Positions 21,440 through 31,749 are shown, counted from the stretch's first letter. The stretch is 64,000 nt of DNA from a bacterium (GCA_965209155.1 OZ242383.1:2592001-2656000); one strand, 5' to 3'. A program made the numbers and translations. Notes: a model not told the origin generated them from the sequence alone.

Positions 21440-22477
21440 ATGATGAAATGGACAGTGGACACCCTGGCAGAGCGTTTGGGGCTCGACTATAGAGGCGACG
21501 GGAGCACCATCGTGACCCATGCCTGTGGTATGGAAAGCCCCCTCCCTGGTGGAATTGCCTACGTGGAAAATGAAAAATTCGCGGCGCGGGCTCTCGATTC
21601 GGCTGCGCAGGTCTTTGTCTGCGAGGAGACGATTGAATTGCCGGGTAAGATACGCATATTCACGCCTCGTCCCAAATTAACCATGATCGCCGTGACCCGG
21701 CTCTTGCATCCCGAAAAAATTTTTCCTCATCGCATTCACGAGTCCGTGGCGCAGGGACGGAACGTGCGTTTGGGAGATGAAATATTTTTAGGAGCCGGGG
21801 TGGTTATCGGAGATCGCTCAAGAATCGGCGCAGGTTGCGTGGTCATGGAAGGAACCGTCATTGGAGAGGACTGCGAAATCGGCAGGGATTGCCGGTTCCA
21901 TCCCAATGTCACCATCCGGGACGGGACGCGCATCGGCCATCGAGTGGTCATCAATGCCGGTAGCGTGGTGGGAGCAGAAGGGTTTGGATTCGTGACCCAT
22001 GAAGGAAAGCACCACAAAATTCCGCAGGTGGGTTCGGTTCACATCGAGGATGACGTGGAGATCGGCGCGTGCAATACCATCGACCGGGCACGGTTTGGCA
22101 TCACTCGAATCGGACGTGGTACAAAAACCGACAACCTGGTCCATATCGGACACAACGTGGAAATTGGCGAAGATTCCCTGATTGTCGGCATGGTTGGAAT
22201 TGCAGGGAGCACCAAGACGGGGCACCACCTGACCATTGGAGGACAAGCGATGCTGGACGGACACTTGACCCTGGGCAATCACGTCACCGTCAGCGCCAAA
22301 TCGCTTTTGGCAAAAAATGTGGGTGAAGGTGAACGGTATTCCGGTATTCCCGCCCGGCCTCACCTGGAGTGGTTGCGGGCCCATGGCCACTTGTACCGGC
22401 TGCAGCGGGTTTTTCAACTGATCAGAAAATTCAAGAGAGACCTTCAATCGAGGGAAAAAAGAACTTCACCCCCTTGA
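21440..22477 (+). CDS. lpxD: UDP-3-O-acyl-glucosamine N-acyltransferase
   Basis: Hexapeptide repeats; GAEGFGF, KIPQVG, IDRA, KTDNLVHIGHNV; the longer ORF start lies inside the repeat element. Confidence 0.93.
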   Translation: MMKWTVDTLAERLGLDYRGDGSTIVTHACGMESPLPGGIAYVENEKFAARALDSAAQVFVCEETIELPGKIRIFTPRPKLTMIAVTRLLHPEKIFPHRIHESVAQGRNVRLGDEIFLGAGVVIGDRSRIGAGCVVMEGTVIGEDCEIGRDCRFHPNVTIRDGTRIGHRVVINAGSVVGAEGFGFVTHEGKHHKIPQVGSVHIEDDVEIGACNTIDRARFGITRIGRGTKTDNLVHIGHNVEIGEDSLIVGMVGIAGSTKTGHHLTIGGQAMLDGHLTLGNHVTVSAKSLLAKNVGEGERYSGIPARPHLEWLRAHGHLYRLQRVFQLIRKFKRDLQSREKRTSPP

Positions 22478-22968
22478 CAACCCGTGGCTGCTGCCATACG
22501 GACTGCCGTTTCCCGTCCCCGGTAATATCCGGGAATCCTTTTTATTTCCTGGTAGCCGAGTGATTGATAGAAAGCCAGCCCTTTCTCGTTGGTTTCGCGA
22601 AGCTCCAGAAAAATGACTGGAATCCCAACCGAAGCTGCCGAGGATTTCATAAAGTTCACCAAGTCCTGTCCGATCCCCTGGCGTTGATAGCTTCCCGAGA
22701 CGGCCAGCAGGTCCAAATGAGCGGTCTTTTCCAGAAACCTGGTGATGGCAAATCCTTGTACTCCCTGCTCGGCCCTTGCCACCACCACCATGGAGCTCGT
22801 CAGCCGGATATGCCTGCTCACGCGATCAGGAGTCCAGGACCAACCCAAACCGTATTCGATGAGATCCCGGGAGAGGACAGCAATCGCTTCCGCGTCTCCC
22901 GGTTCTGCCAATTCCAGTCTGATGCCTCGATGTTGACTGAAGTGCGTTAAGCGCATTGAAATCCTCAT
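22444..22968 (-). CDS. GNAT acetyltransferase (RimI-like)
   Basis: LAVSGSYQRQGIG, LELRETN, FYQSLGY, PGYY. Confidence 0.8.
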   Translation of the reverse strand: MRISMRLTHFSQHRGIRLELAEPGDAEAIAVLSRDLIEYGLGWSWTPDRVSRHIRLTSSMVVVARAEQGVQGFAITRFLEKTAHLDLLAVSGSYQRQGIGQDLVNFMKSSAASVGIPVIFLELRETNEKGLAFYQSLGYQEIKRIPGYYRGRETAVRMAAATGCQGGEVLFSLD

Positions 22969-22982
22969 GACCAGAGTGACTT

Positions 22983-23411
22983 TCAGATCTCCGAACCCGG
23001 GTCGAAATTGCGCATCTTTTTGGTTTGTGACCTGTGATGCTTGTCTTGCCTCCGTCTTTGTTGGGCTGCCCTACTCGGTTTTGTGGGTTTTCGAGGTTTG
23101 GGTGGGATCAAGGCTTTTCTTACCAGGACTCTCAGCCTTTCCAGCGCATCCTGCCGGTTTTTTTCTTGAGTGCGGAATTTTTTGGCCTCGATGAGGAGCA
23201 CCTGATTTTCCGTAACCCGGCTTCCGCTGATTTGAATCAACCGTTTTTTAACGTCTTCGCGGAGCACCACACTTTTTCCGATGTCAAAACGTAGCTGAAC
23301 GGCAGTGTTGACTTTATTGACGTTCTGTCCTCCCGGCCCCGTGGCTTTGACGAATACCATTTGAATTTCCTGCTCGGGAAGGGAACAGGATTTGTTGACG
23401 ATGACTGCCAT
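22983..23411 (-). CDS. arfB: Ribosome rescue peptidyl-tRNA hydrolase ArfB
   Basis: GPGGQNVNKV GGQ motif; basic C-terminal tail RKPTKPS. Confidence 0.92.
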   Translation of the reverse strand: MAVIVNKSCSLPEQEIQMVFVKATGPGGQNVNKVNTAVQLRFDIGKSVVLREDVKKRLIQISGSRVTENQVLLIEAKKFRTQEKNRQDALERLRVLVRKALIPPKPRKPTKPSRAAQQRRRQDKHHRSQTKKMRNFDPGSEI

Positions 23412-23722
23412 GGCGTTCCGGAAAGGACGTCCTGGTTGCGGAATCATTTCCCCTTCCTCCCGGGGAAGGGAAAGGCTTTTACCCTGCGTAGAGCGGTTCA
23501 ACGAAGCGGCTCTTGCTTCGTCAATCTAGCACCGAAATGGAACCCTGACAACTCCCTTGGATGATTTGGCGGATGAAACTCACCCTGACCCGGCTGTGGT
23601 CGTCTTTCCAAAAATGCGGCGATGGCATTGATCCCACCCCGTAAATGAGTTAACCTGTTTGTATGCGATCTCAAGGAAAACCTGATTCTTAAACAATTGC
23701 CATTTCCCCTGGTCTCGCCTTC

Positions 23723-24212
23723 AAAGGAAGGGAGGCACTGAGGGAAGGCACAAAGGCACGAAGAAAGGCACAAAGGCACGAAGAAAGGCACAAAGGCACA
23801 AAGGCACAAAGGCACGAAGAAAGGCACAAAGGCACAAAGGCACAAAGGCACAAAGGGGGGAAGGCATACTGGATTTCGGGTCGGGGACAGGAAGGACACT
23901 AAGGGAAGGCACAAAGGCACAAAGGCACAAAGGCGCGAAGAAAGGCACAAAGGCATAAAGGCACAAAGGCACAAAGGGGGGAAGGCATACTGGATTTCGG
24001 GTCGGGGACAGGAAGGACACTAAGGGAAGGCACAAAGGCGCAAAGGCACAAAGGCACAAAGGAAGAGAGGCACTGAGGGAAGGCACAAAGGCACTGAGGG
24101 AAGGCACAAAGGCACAAAGGCACAAAGGCACAAAGGCACGAAGAAAGGCACAGAGGCACAAAGGCACAAAGGAAGGCACAAAGGCACGAAGAAAGGCACA
24201 AAGGGGGGAAGG
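23723..24212 (+). repeat. AGGCACAA octamer array with two GGATTTCGGGTCGGGGACAGGAAGGACAC palindrome variants
   Basis: Directly visible; contains an internal duplication of about 120 bp. Confidence 0.9.
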
Positions 24213-24258
24213 CTCAAAGAGCAGTGCCGACAGGAATTCCTCAAAACAGGAAAAAACC

Positions 24259-25443
24259 GTGAGTAAATTTCAGTTGAAAGTCATTTCGAACAACAACGAA
24301 TCGTGGCCGTTCATGCGAGGAATACTGACCCATTCCCTGGTCAAACATGGAATGGAATTCAATAAAGCCTATAAAGTGGCCCAGCAAGTCAAACGAAGCT
24401 TGTCTGGTAAAGAAGCGATTGCCAAAGAGGAGTTGCGAAAGATGGTTGAAGACGAAATCAAGGCAAACCTGGGTCAGGAAGATCTGAAAAAATTCAAGCA
24501 ACCCCTGGATATGTCACTGGCAACGATCCAAGTCATATCCGAGGATTCCAGCGCTCCCTTTTCCAAAGGACTCTTAGCCCGTTCCTTGATGGCCGCAGGG
24601 ATCCCACCGAATCATACCCACCAGATGGCCCAGGAAATTCAACAGAAACTCTACCAGGATCGAATCCAGGAAATATCCACTAAAAATCTCTATAAACGGA
24701 CCTTTCGTAAGATCCTCAATGAATCCGGGGAAGAAACGGCAGAGTTTTATAAACTGGCCACCGATATCAACCGCATGGATCGTCCCATGATCATCTATAT
24801 CGGCGGCGGCATGGGTACCGGCAAATCCTCCCTGGCCACGGAATTGGCCTCACGTCTGGACATTTCGAAAGTCACCGGGACGGATATGATACGCCAGATC
24901 ATGCGTACCATTTTCACGGAACAAATGCTACCCGCCTTGCACAGCTCGTCCTTTGAGACAATGAACGGAGACACATCCCAAAGTGCGGATACGATGGATA
25001 CCCGGGAGGGGTTCGTCGCGCAGTCAGTCAACGTCAACGTGGGAGTGCGCGCGATGGTGGAACGCGCCATCAATGAAAACACCAATATGATCCTGGAAGG
25101 CGTTCATTTGCTGCCTTCTCTGATCCGTTTTGAAGACCTGGCCAATAAAGCCTACCATATTCCGCTGGTGATCTCTTTGAGGAATGACAAAAGTCACCGA
25201 GCGCATTTCGTACTGCGACAAAAACGAGCATTCCACCGCAAGGCTCAACGCTATGAAGAGCAATTCGAAAGGATCCGGCAGATCCATGATTACTGTATCG
25301 AAACAGCAAACAAGTACGGGGTCGACATCATCGAGAATGAGGACTTTGACCGTTCCATCAACCAACTGGTGCGTATGGTTATCACCAAACTGCTCCAACA
25401 GATCGATTCTCGTCGTAAACGAACTAAAACGAAAAGCGGATGA
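24259..25443 (+). CDS. 2-phosphoglycerate kinase-like protein with tandem ATP-cone domains
   Basis: PFMRGILTHSL and PFSKGLLARSL ATP-cone repeats; GGGMGTGKS, TDMIRQIMR, LHSSSF, ILEGVHL. Confidence 0.78.
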   Translation: MSKFQLKVISNNNESWPFMRGILTHSLVKHGMEFNKAYKVAQQVKRSLSGKEAIAKEELRKMVEDEIKANLGQEDLKKFKQPLDMSLATIQVISEDSSAPFSKGLLARSLMAAGIPPNHTHQMAQEIQQKLYQDRIQEISTKNLYKRTFRKILNESGEETAEFYKLATDINRMDRPMIIYIGGGMGTGKSSLATELASRLDISKVTGTDMIRQIMRTIFTEQMLPALHSSSFETMNGDTSQSADTMDTREGFVAQSVNVNVGVRAMVERAINENTNMILEGVHLLPSLIRFEDLANKAYHIPLVISLRNDKSHRAHFVLRQKRAFHRKAQRYEEQFERIRQIHDYCIETANKYGVDIIENEDFDRSINQLVRMVITKLLQQIDSRRKRTKTKSG

Positions 25444-26693
25444 AATACCCCACCTTGTTAATGATCCTGGATGGTCTTGGAGACGAATGCTTGCAGGAGT
25501 TGGGAAATCGCACTCCATTGCAGGCGGCTCAAACTCCGGCATTCGATCTATTGGCGAAAATGGGGCAAAGTGGATTGATTGACCCACTCAGCAATGGAAA
25601 ACCTGCCAACACGACTGAAGGGATTTTAGGGCTACTGGGATACGACCCGCTTGTTTACCCGGTGGGAAGAGGGGTGATTGAAGCCCTGGGAGCCGGGATC
25701 GCCTTGCAAAAAGGGGACATTGCCCTGCGAGGCAACCTGGCGTGTTTGGACCGGAGCAATCGAGTGCGGGACAGGCGGGCAGGACGCATTCGTGAAGGCG
25801 CTTGCGAACTGTTACGGACTCTTGGTCAAATCCAGGTCTCACCTGAAGTCGAATTTTTGATCGGAGCCGGGACGGAACACCGTTTTGCTTTAGTGATGCG
25901 GGGAGAGGGCCTTTGCGAACAGATCTCGGCAAGCGACCCCGGAGATGGCAATCCCCACGGATTCCGTATCCCTCCCGCCACCTTGAATTCTGCCGATGCC
26001 TTTGCAAAAAAGACTGCAGAGATTCTGGATCAGTTTGAAAGGCAGGCGCATCGAATTTTATCAAAACATCCGATCAACCTGAAACGAATCCGGCAAGCGC
26101 TTCTGCCTGCCAATGCCATTTTGACTCGTGATCCGGGAAAACCGGTTCACCTGCCACCGCTCAGCCTGAGGAATCAGCCACTGCAAGGAATGTGTATTGG
26201 GGGGGACAAGGTCATGCTTGGCCTGGCAAAGCTGCTCCGGATGGAGTACCATCGGACCGAGCGAATGACCGGCAACCTCGACACCGATTTGTCGATCAAG
26301 TTCGAAAAAGCCCGGAAATGCTTGAATCACTATGACCTGGTGGTGGTTCATATCAAAGGCTGTGACATTGCCGCTCATGATCGCCATGCTCGCAAAAAAC
26401 TGGAATTTATTGAGAAAATTGATCAGGCGCTGGCAATTTTTCTGCAAGAATTATTCACCAAAACGGGCTATTTGCCCATCCGGGTGGGCATCACGGCGGA
26501 TCATTGCACTTCCAGTAAAAAAGGGTATCATATCAATGACCCGGTGCCGGTGATCATTTATCGTCCGGAGCAACCGGCCGACCTGGTCGAGGCATTTGAT
26601 GAAATACAATCCACCCGGGGAATGCTGGGACGATTCCGCAGTGATCAACTATTGGAAAAGTTATGGTTCGGTACGAACGCTGCTCGGCCCTGA
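25440..26693 (+). CDS. Cofactor-independent phosphoglycerate mutase, ApgM-like
   Basis: LDGLGD, TPLQAA, GRGVIEALG, DRRAGRI, HIKGCDIAAHD, TADH. Confidence 0.82.
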   Translation: MKYPTLLMILDGLGDECLQELGNRTPLQAAQTPAFDLLAKMGQSGLIDPLSNGKPANTTEGILGLLGYDPLVYPVGRGVIEALGAGIALQKGDIALRGNLACLDRSNRVRDRRAGRIREGACELLRTLGQIQVSPEVEFLIGAGTEHRFALVMRGEGLCEQISASDPGDGNPHGFRIPPATLNSADAFAKKTAEILDQFERQAHRILSKHPINLKRIRQALLPANAILTRDPGKPVHLPPLSLRNQPLQGMCIGGDKVMLGLAKLLRMEYHRTERMTGNLDTDLSIKFEKARKCLNHYDLVVVHIKGCDIAAHDRHARKKLEFIEKIDQALAIFLQELFTKTGYLPIRVGITADHCTSSKKGYHINDPVPVIIYRPEQPADLVEAFDEIQSTRGMLGRFRSDQLLEKLWFGTNAARP

Positions 26694-26768
26694 TCTCTTT
26701 TCACTGGTCAAGCCGGGAATGAGACCTTGTTTAACTCCTGATTCACATTATTTTTGATAAAACATCGC

Positions 26769-27656
26769 ATGCAAATCGAAGGAAAAACGAAACGAATCGT
26801 TCCCGGGCCGCAAACGGGAACTATCCTGATGGAAACGAAAGATGAATTAACCGGGGGCGATGCCGCAAAAAAAGCAAGGATTGCGGGAATTGCGGCGTAC
26901 AAGACCCAACAAAGCGCCAATGTTTTTCGCTATCTTCAAAGGAAGGAAATCCCAGTCGCTTTCATCGAGCAACCGGATTCCACGACCCTGTTGTGTGACG
27001 CCTGTGAGATGATGCCCCTGGAGTTGGTCATGCGTCGTTACGCCTGGGGCAGTTACCTCAAACGGGAACCATCCTTTCAACAGTCCGATGGGTCGCCTTT
27101 TCGTTTTGAAGCCATTCAATGCGAATTTTTCCACAAGTGGGCGGTGGTGACCGTCCCCCTGGCCGACCCTCCTTTGCAAATGGACGAGAACCGGGCAAGG
27201 TCCCTGTACCTGAAGGAAGGAACCTGGGCCGAAGGAGTCTATACCGATCCCTATCTACACATAGCCAACGACAGTTGGCAATTGCACCCTGCCAAAATTC
27301 CTTTTGATCCTGGCAAACCACTGATGAGCATAGAAGCGATGATGGCGGAGGAGGAACGTCAACGCATCATCAGGAATTTGATGCTTCCCTGCTTCCAATC
27401 ATTGGAAAAAGCCTGGAGTGAGGTGCGAACCGAATATGGTCCGGTGGCCTTGGTGGACCTCAAAATTGAAGTGGGACGCCGTCAAAAAGATGGAGAAATC
27501 GTAATTGCCGACGTGATTGATAACGACAGTTGGAGAATCTGGCCTGGAGGGGACCCTGCCAGGCAGTTGGATAAGCAAAATTTCAGAGATGGCCATCCCC
27601 TGAGCATGGTTGCCGACAATTACGCATTGGTCGCCGAATTGACTCAGCAGTTTTAG
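26769..27656 (+). CDS. purC: SAICAR synthetase
   Basis: EGKTK, PLELVMRRYAWGS, LVDLKIEVG, ADVIDNDSWRIW, LDKQ. Confidence 0.88.
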   Translation: MQIEGKTKRIVPGPQTGTILMETKDELTGGDAAKKARIAGIAAYKTQQSANVFRYLQRKEIPVAFIEQPDSTTLLCDACEMMPLELVMRRYAWGSYLKREPSFQQSDGSPFRFEAIQCEFFHKWAVVTVPLADPPLQMDENRARSLYLKEGTWAEGVYTDPYLHIANDSWQLHPAKIPFDPGKPLMSIEAMMAEEERQRIIRNLMLPCFQSLEKAWSEVRTEYGPVALVDLKIEVGRRQKDGEIVIADVIDNDSWRIWPGGDPARQLDKQNFRDGHPLSMVADNYALVAELTQQF

Positions 27657-27668
27657 GAATCGAGTGCC

Positions 27669-28994
27669 GTGTCGGAATCCTTGAATCATCGTTCCTATGA
27701 TTTAGCATATACTGTTTTTTTCCCGCTCACCGGCAATCCGGTGGGGTTCCATCATTTGCTTTTGGCGGAAGTCGTCTTAAGGCAATTCCCACAATTGAAA
27801 AAAATTGTTTTTATTCTTTCGAATGGCAAGCACCCGGATCCCACCAAAGAGCAGCAAATTGCAGACCCGCAACTCCGGTTGGAGATTCTGAAAAATGCGC
27901 TTCGAGAATTCAGCATGCCTCCGGTGAGCTTCCTGGCACGAGTTGCCCGGGAGGAACGACAGGCATTCATGCTCGATGAGCAGAACACATGCATTTGTAC
28001 GGTAGAATTTGAATGCAACGAAGCGGTGAAACTTGCCGACCACGTGATTCACCTGAAGCAAAATGCGAAACCTGATACGCGGAATCCGCCTTTGCGACTG
28101 GTGTTGGGAGACGATTTGGTAAGACGCATGCGCAATCCCGATATTTTCAGCAATTCCGAACTTTTTTCGCTTGCGGAAAATTGTCGCTTCCTGATCGCAT
28201 CTCGAGAAAAAACTTCTGTTGCCGAGTCCATTCAAATCTTAAAAAAGACCCGCAACGTTTCCCTTCATTTCCACGAAATAGAAGCGGAACGATTGCCACA
28301 GGCGCTGCATCCCTGGTTTGATTTATCTTCGACCCGGATTCGTAAAATGGCGCAGGGCGGGCACGTTCTGACTTGTTTTCTGCCCGACAACGCGGCCAGG
28401 TTGGTTGAGCAACACGTGCTCTTTCAAACTCCAACAGGGGCATCGCAAATCAATGAATGGCAACAAGCATGCCGCCTGCAGGAACGCTTAGTGGATCAAT
28501 CAGCCCGGAAACTGAAAGAAGTGCTCGACCACCGAGCCAACATGAAATGGCCCCATACCCTTTCTTTCGTGGAAACGAGTACGGGTGGTCTGCTAACCGC
28601 TGCTTTGGCGGTCTTACCCGGGATATCGCGGCATCTCAAGGAAGGAGCGATCCTTTACGACCAGGAAGCCAAGGAACGATTGTTGGGAAAATCGAGGCAA
28701 CTTGCAGCCGTTTCGAAAGAATGCGCGATGCAACTCGCCAAATCATTTCAAGAGCAAAGTCAGGCGGATTTCGTGCTGGCTGAAAGCGGAATGGCCGGTC
28801 CGCCCGAGGGGAACCGGCGCAGTCAAAAGCAGGGGCAATGTGAAATGGCGCTGGCAACTTCGCACACTCTGAGGCACGTCCACCATCAAAGTTCTCTTTT
28901 CCACACAAAAAAAGAACACCAACTGCGTTTTGCTCACGCCGCGCTGGAATGGCTGAGGGACACGCTTGAAAAAAGCGAAAGAAGATCGGAATGA
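27669..28994 (+). CDS. Nucleotidyltransferase (NadD-like) fused to a CinA-C/PncC-like domain
   Basis: N-terminal GNPVGFHH, LGDD and LSSTRIR; C-terminal VETSTGG...PGIS...AVSKECA...SGMAGP. Confidence 0.65.
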   Translation: MSESLNHRSYDLAYTVFFPLTGNPVGFHHLLLAEVVLRQFPQLKKIVFILSNGKHPDPTKEQQIADPQLRLEILKNALREFSMPPVSFLARVAREERQAFMLDEQNTCICTVEFECNEAVKLADHVIHLKQNAKPDTRNPPLRLVLGDDLVRRMRNPDIFSNSELFSLAENCRFLIASREKTSVAESIQILKKTRNVSLHFHEIEAERLPQALHPWFDLSSTRIRKMAQGGHVLTCFLPDNAARLVEQHVLFQTPTGASQINEWQQACRLQERLVDQSARKLKEVLDHRANMKWPHTLSFVETSTGGLLTAALAVLPGISRHLKEGAILYDQEAKERLLGKSRQLAAVSKECAMQLAKSFQEQSQADFVLAESGMAGPPEGNRRSQKQGQCEMALATSHTLRHVHHQSSLFHTKKEHQLRFAHAALEWLRDTLEKSERRSE

Positions 28995-29602
28995 TTTCTG
29001 CCATTGTCCTTGCTGCCGGAGAATCGAAACGGATGGGAGCAGCAAACAAGTTATTGCTCCCATTTGGTGGCAAAGCGCTCGTGGCTCACATGGTAGATAG
29101 TATTTTAGCCTGTCACGTCCATGAAACCCTGGTCATCCTGGGTTACGAGGCGGAGCTCGTCAAAAAAGCGCTCTCCAAGCGAAGCGTGCGCTTTGTAGAA
29201 AACCGAGACTATTCGCAAGGGATGACCACGTCCATTCAGGCGGGTGTCCGAGCCATGACTGCAGGGGCGAATGGTATCATGATCTGTCTTTCCGATTTAC
29301 CACTGGTGCAGAGCGAAGAACTGGAAAGTCTGATTCATGAGTTTGAAGGTGCCTACGCCCACAACAAAAAGCTGATCGTGCAACCCGCTTATCGAGGACA
29401 ACGTGGAAATCCGGTAATTTTTTCGGTATATTATAAATCGCAGATCCTCAAACACGAAGAGCAGAATGGATGTCGGGGATTGATTCGGCAGAATGAAGAT
29501 CAGGTTGACGTGATCGAAATGAAGACTGCCCATGCGTTGAACGATATTGATACGAAAACCGACTACGAACAACTCGTTTCCGGTAATAAAGAAATGCAAT
29601 GA
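28991..29602 (+). CDS. Molybdenum cofactor cytidylyltransferase (MocA-like)
   Basis: LAAGESKRMG..NKLLL, GMTTSI, DLP, GNPVIF, DIDT. Confidence 0.85.
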   Translation: MISAIVLAAGESKRMGAANKLLLPFGGKALVAHMVDSILACHVHETLVILGYEAELVKKALSKRSVRFVENRDYSQGMTTSIQAGVRAMTAGANGIMICLSDLPLVQSEELESLIHEFEGAYAHNKKLIVQPAYRGQRGNPVIFSVYYKSQILKHEEQNGCRGLIRQNEDQVDVIEMKTAHALNDIDTKTDYEQLVSGNKEMQ

Positions 29603-30456
29603 ATGAGGAATTATTAAAAAAGTTATCAGAAATGCATGAGGCCCGAGAACCTTTTGTGGTGGCTACCGTCATTCGCGTTGAAGGTTCGGCCTCCGCAAAA
29701 CCCGGAGCCAAAGCCATCATCGACAAGAATGGAAAAACTCTGGTGGGTTGGGTAGGAGGCGGTTGCGCAGAAAGTGCTGTCGGCCAGGAAGCCCTGGCCT
29801 GCCTCGAAGACGAACAAACACGCATCGTGCCCATTGACCTGGATGACGAAGTGCTGGGAGTGGGGATGCCTTGCGGGGGAATGATGGAGGTTTACGTGGA
29901 ACCATACCTGCCGAAACCGGAACTGTTGATCGTGGGCCATGGACGCATTGCGGAATCCCTGGCGATGCTTGGAAAATTTCTGGATTTTGTCGTCACGATC
30001 AATGATCCCATGGCCGATCAGAACGCTTTTCCCACGGCAGATCGATTGATTACGGATGACCAGGATTTCAGCCAATTGCTCGTGGGGCCCGAGACCTACG
30101 TCGTGATCGCCACCCAGCACAAAGGGGATCACTTCTCCATTAAAAAAGCCTTGCAGGGAGAAGGAACCTATATTGCTTTGGTGGCCAGTAAAAAAAGATC
30201 GGAGCTTGTACTGAAATATTTGTTGGAAGCAGGAATTTCGCAGGAAGCATTGGCCCGGGTACAGGCTCCTGCAGGTATCGATATTGGCTGTACAACACCG
30301 GAAGAGATCGCATTGAGCATCATCAGTGAAATTATCGCCAGGCGCCGGGGAGGCTCCTGCCGTCCAATGATGGAGATAAAAGGGATGCGCATTGCCGCCA
30401 TTCCGCAAAAGGAAGGAAAATCCCCCAGTAAAACTGCTGAAGAAGTCATGGAATGA
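29599..30456 (+). CDS. XdhC/CoxI family Moco chaperone
   Basis: GSASAKPGAK, GWVGGGCAE, CGG, APAGIDIG..TPEEIALSI. Confidence 0.9.
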   Translation: MNEELLKKLSEMHEAREPFVVATVIRVEGSASAKPGAKAIIDKNGKTLVGWVGGGCAESAVGQEALACLEDEQTRIVPIDLDDEVLGVGMPCGGMMEVYVEPYLPKPELLIVGHGRIAESLAMLGKFLDFVVTINDPMADQNAFPTADRLITDDQDFSQLLVGPETYVVIATQHKGDHFSIKKALQGEGTYIALVASKKRSELVLKYLLEAGISQEALARVQAPAGIDIGCTTPEEIALSIISEIIARRRGGSCRPMMEIKGMRIAAIPQKEGKSPSKTAEEVME

Positions 30457-30462
30457 AGACGC

Positions 30463-31749
30463 ATGAGTTCGGTTCCCTCTCTCAAATTAACGGGACAGCC
30501 CGAGGAAAATTGGGTTGAGCGCGTCCGCTTCGATTTTCCCATACTGCGACGAAGGGTGCGCGGTCATCCCCTGGCATACCTCGACAACGCCGCCACTACT
30601 CAAAAACCCCGGCAAGTGATCGAAGCGCTGGTACGTTTTTATGAGCAGCACAATGCCAACGTTCATCGAGGAGTCTACACGCTCTCAGAAGAAGCATCGC
30701 AAAAATACGAAGAGGCCCGTGAAAAAGTTGCGAATTTTATTCATGCGTCTTCAGCTCGTTCGATTGTGTTTACGCGAGGAACGACGGAATCGATCAACCT
30801 GGTTGCTCATAGCTGGCTCAAACCGAGGCTCGAACCTGGTGATCAAATTCTGGTCAGCAGAATGGAACACCATTCCAACCTGGTCCCCTGGCAAATGGCA
30901 GCACGGGAGAAAAGGGCTCGCATTCGATATATTCCCCTGACCCCGCAGGGTAGCCTGGATTTGAATGCGTTCGAGCATTGCATCACCCCCGGCACTCGTA
31001 TGCTGGCCCTTTGTCATATCTCAAATGTACTGGGCAGTCGCAATCCCCTGGAAGAGGTCATCGAAATCGCCCGTAGTCGCCAAATTCCGGTATTGGTCGA
31101 TGCCGCTCAGTCCGTAAGCCGTACCAAGGTGGATGTGGCTGCCTTGGATTGTGACTTCCTGGCGTTTTCTTCCCACAAAATGTATGGCCCCACCGGTATT
31201 GGCGTACTTTACGGCAAAACTCGTTTTCTTGGTGAAATGGAACCGTTGATGGGAGGGGGAGGCATGATTCGTCAGGTCGGGGAGGAGCAATCCGTATGGA
31301 CGGATTTCCCTGCAAAGTTTGAAGCAGGAACCCCTCCACTGGCGGAAGCGGTCGGGTTGGCTGCCGCGATTGATTATCTCGAGGCCATCGGCATGGATAA
31401 CATTGAACGGCATGAGCGAAAGCTGATGGCCCACGCCCTGGCGCTCCTTCGACAATTTCCCGGGGTGACGATTTATCCTCCCCTGGACTGCCACCAGAAA
31501 ATCGGAGTACTCTCTTTCAACATTGGAGACGTACATCCTCACGACGTGGCCCAAATTCTGGACTCTGAAGGAGTGGCAGTCCGTGCCGGCCACCATTGCG
31601 CCCAACCGCTTATGCGTACTTTGGGAGTATCCTCCACCGTCCGCCTGAGCTTTGCCCTTTACAACATCCTCTCCGACATCGACCAACTGGCGCGGGGTTT
31701 GGAGAAGGTGCGTGACATTTTTTTGCGGAATGGAGCGCCATTTCCGTAG
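30463..31749 (+). CDS. sufS: SufS-type cysteine desulfurase
   Basis: YLDNAATTQKP, EHHSN, SSHKMYGPTG, RAGHHCAQP. Confidence 0.92.
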   Translation: MSSVPSLKLTGQPEENWVERVRFDFPILRRRVRGHPLAYLDNAATTQKPRQVIEALVRFYEQHNANVHRGVYTLSEEASQKYEEAREKVANFIHASSARSIVFTRGTTESINLVAHSWLKPRLEPGDQILVSRMEHHSNLVPWQMAAREKRARIRYIPLTPQGSLDLNAFEHCITPGTRMLALCHISNVLGSRNPLEEVIEIARSRQIPVLVDAAQSVSRTKVDVAALDCDFLAFSSHKMYGPTGIGVLYGKTRFLGEMEPLMGGGGMIRQVGEEQSVWTDFPAKFEAGTPPLAEAVGLAAAIDYLEAIGMDNIERHERKLMAHALALLRQFPGVTIYPPLDCHQKIGVLSFNIGDVHPHDVAQILDSEGVAVRAGHHCAQPLMRTLGVSSTVRLSFALYNILSDIDQLARGLEKVRDIFLRNGAPFP

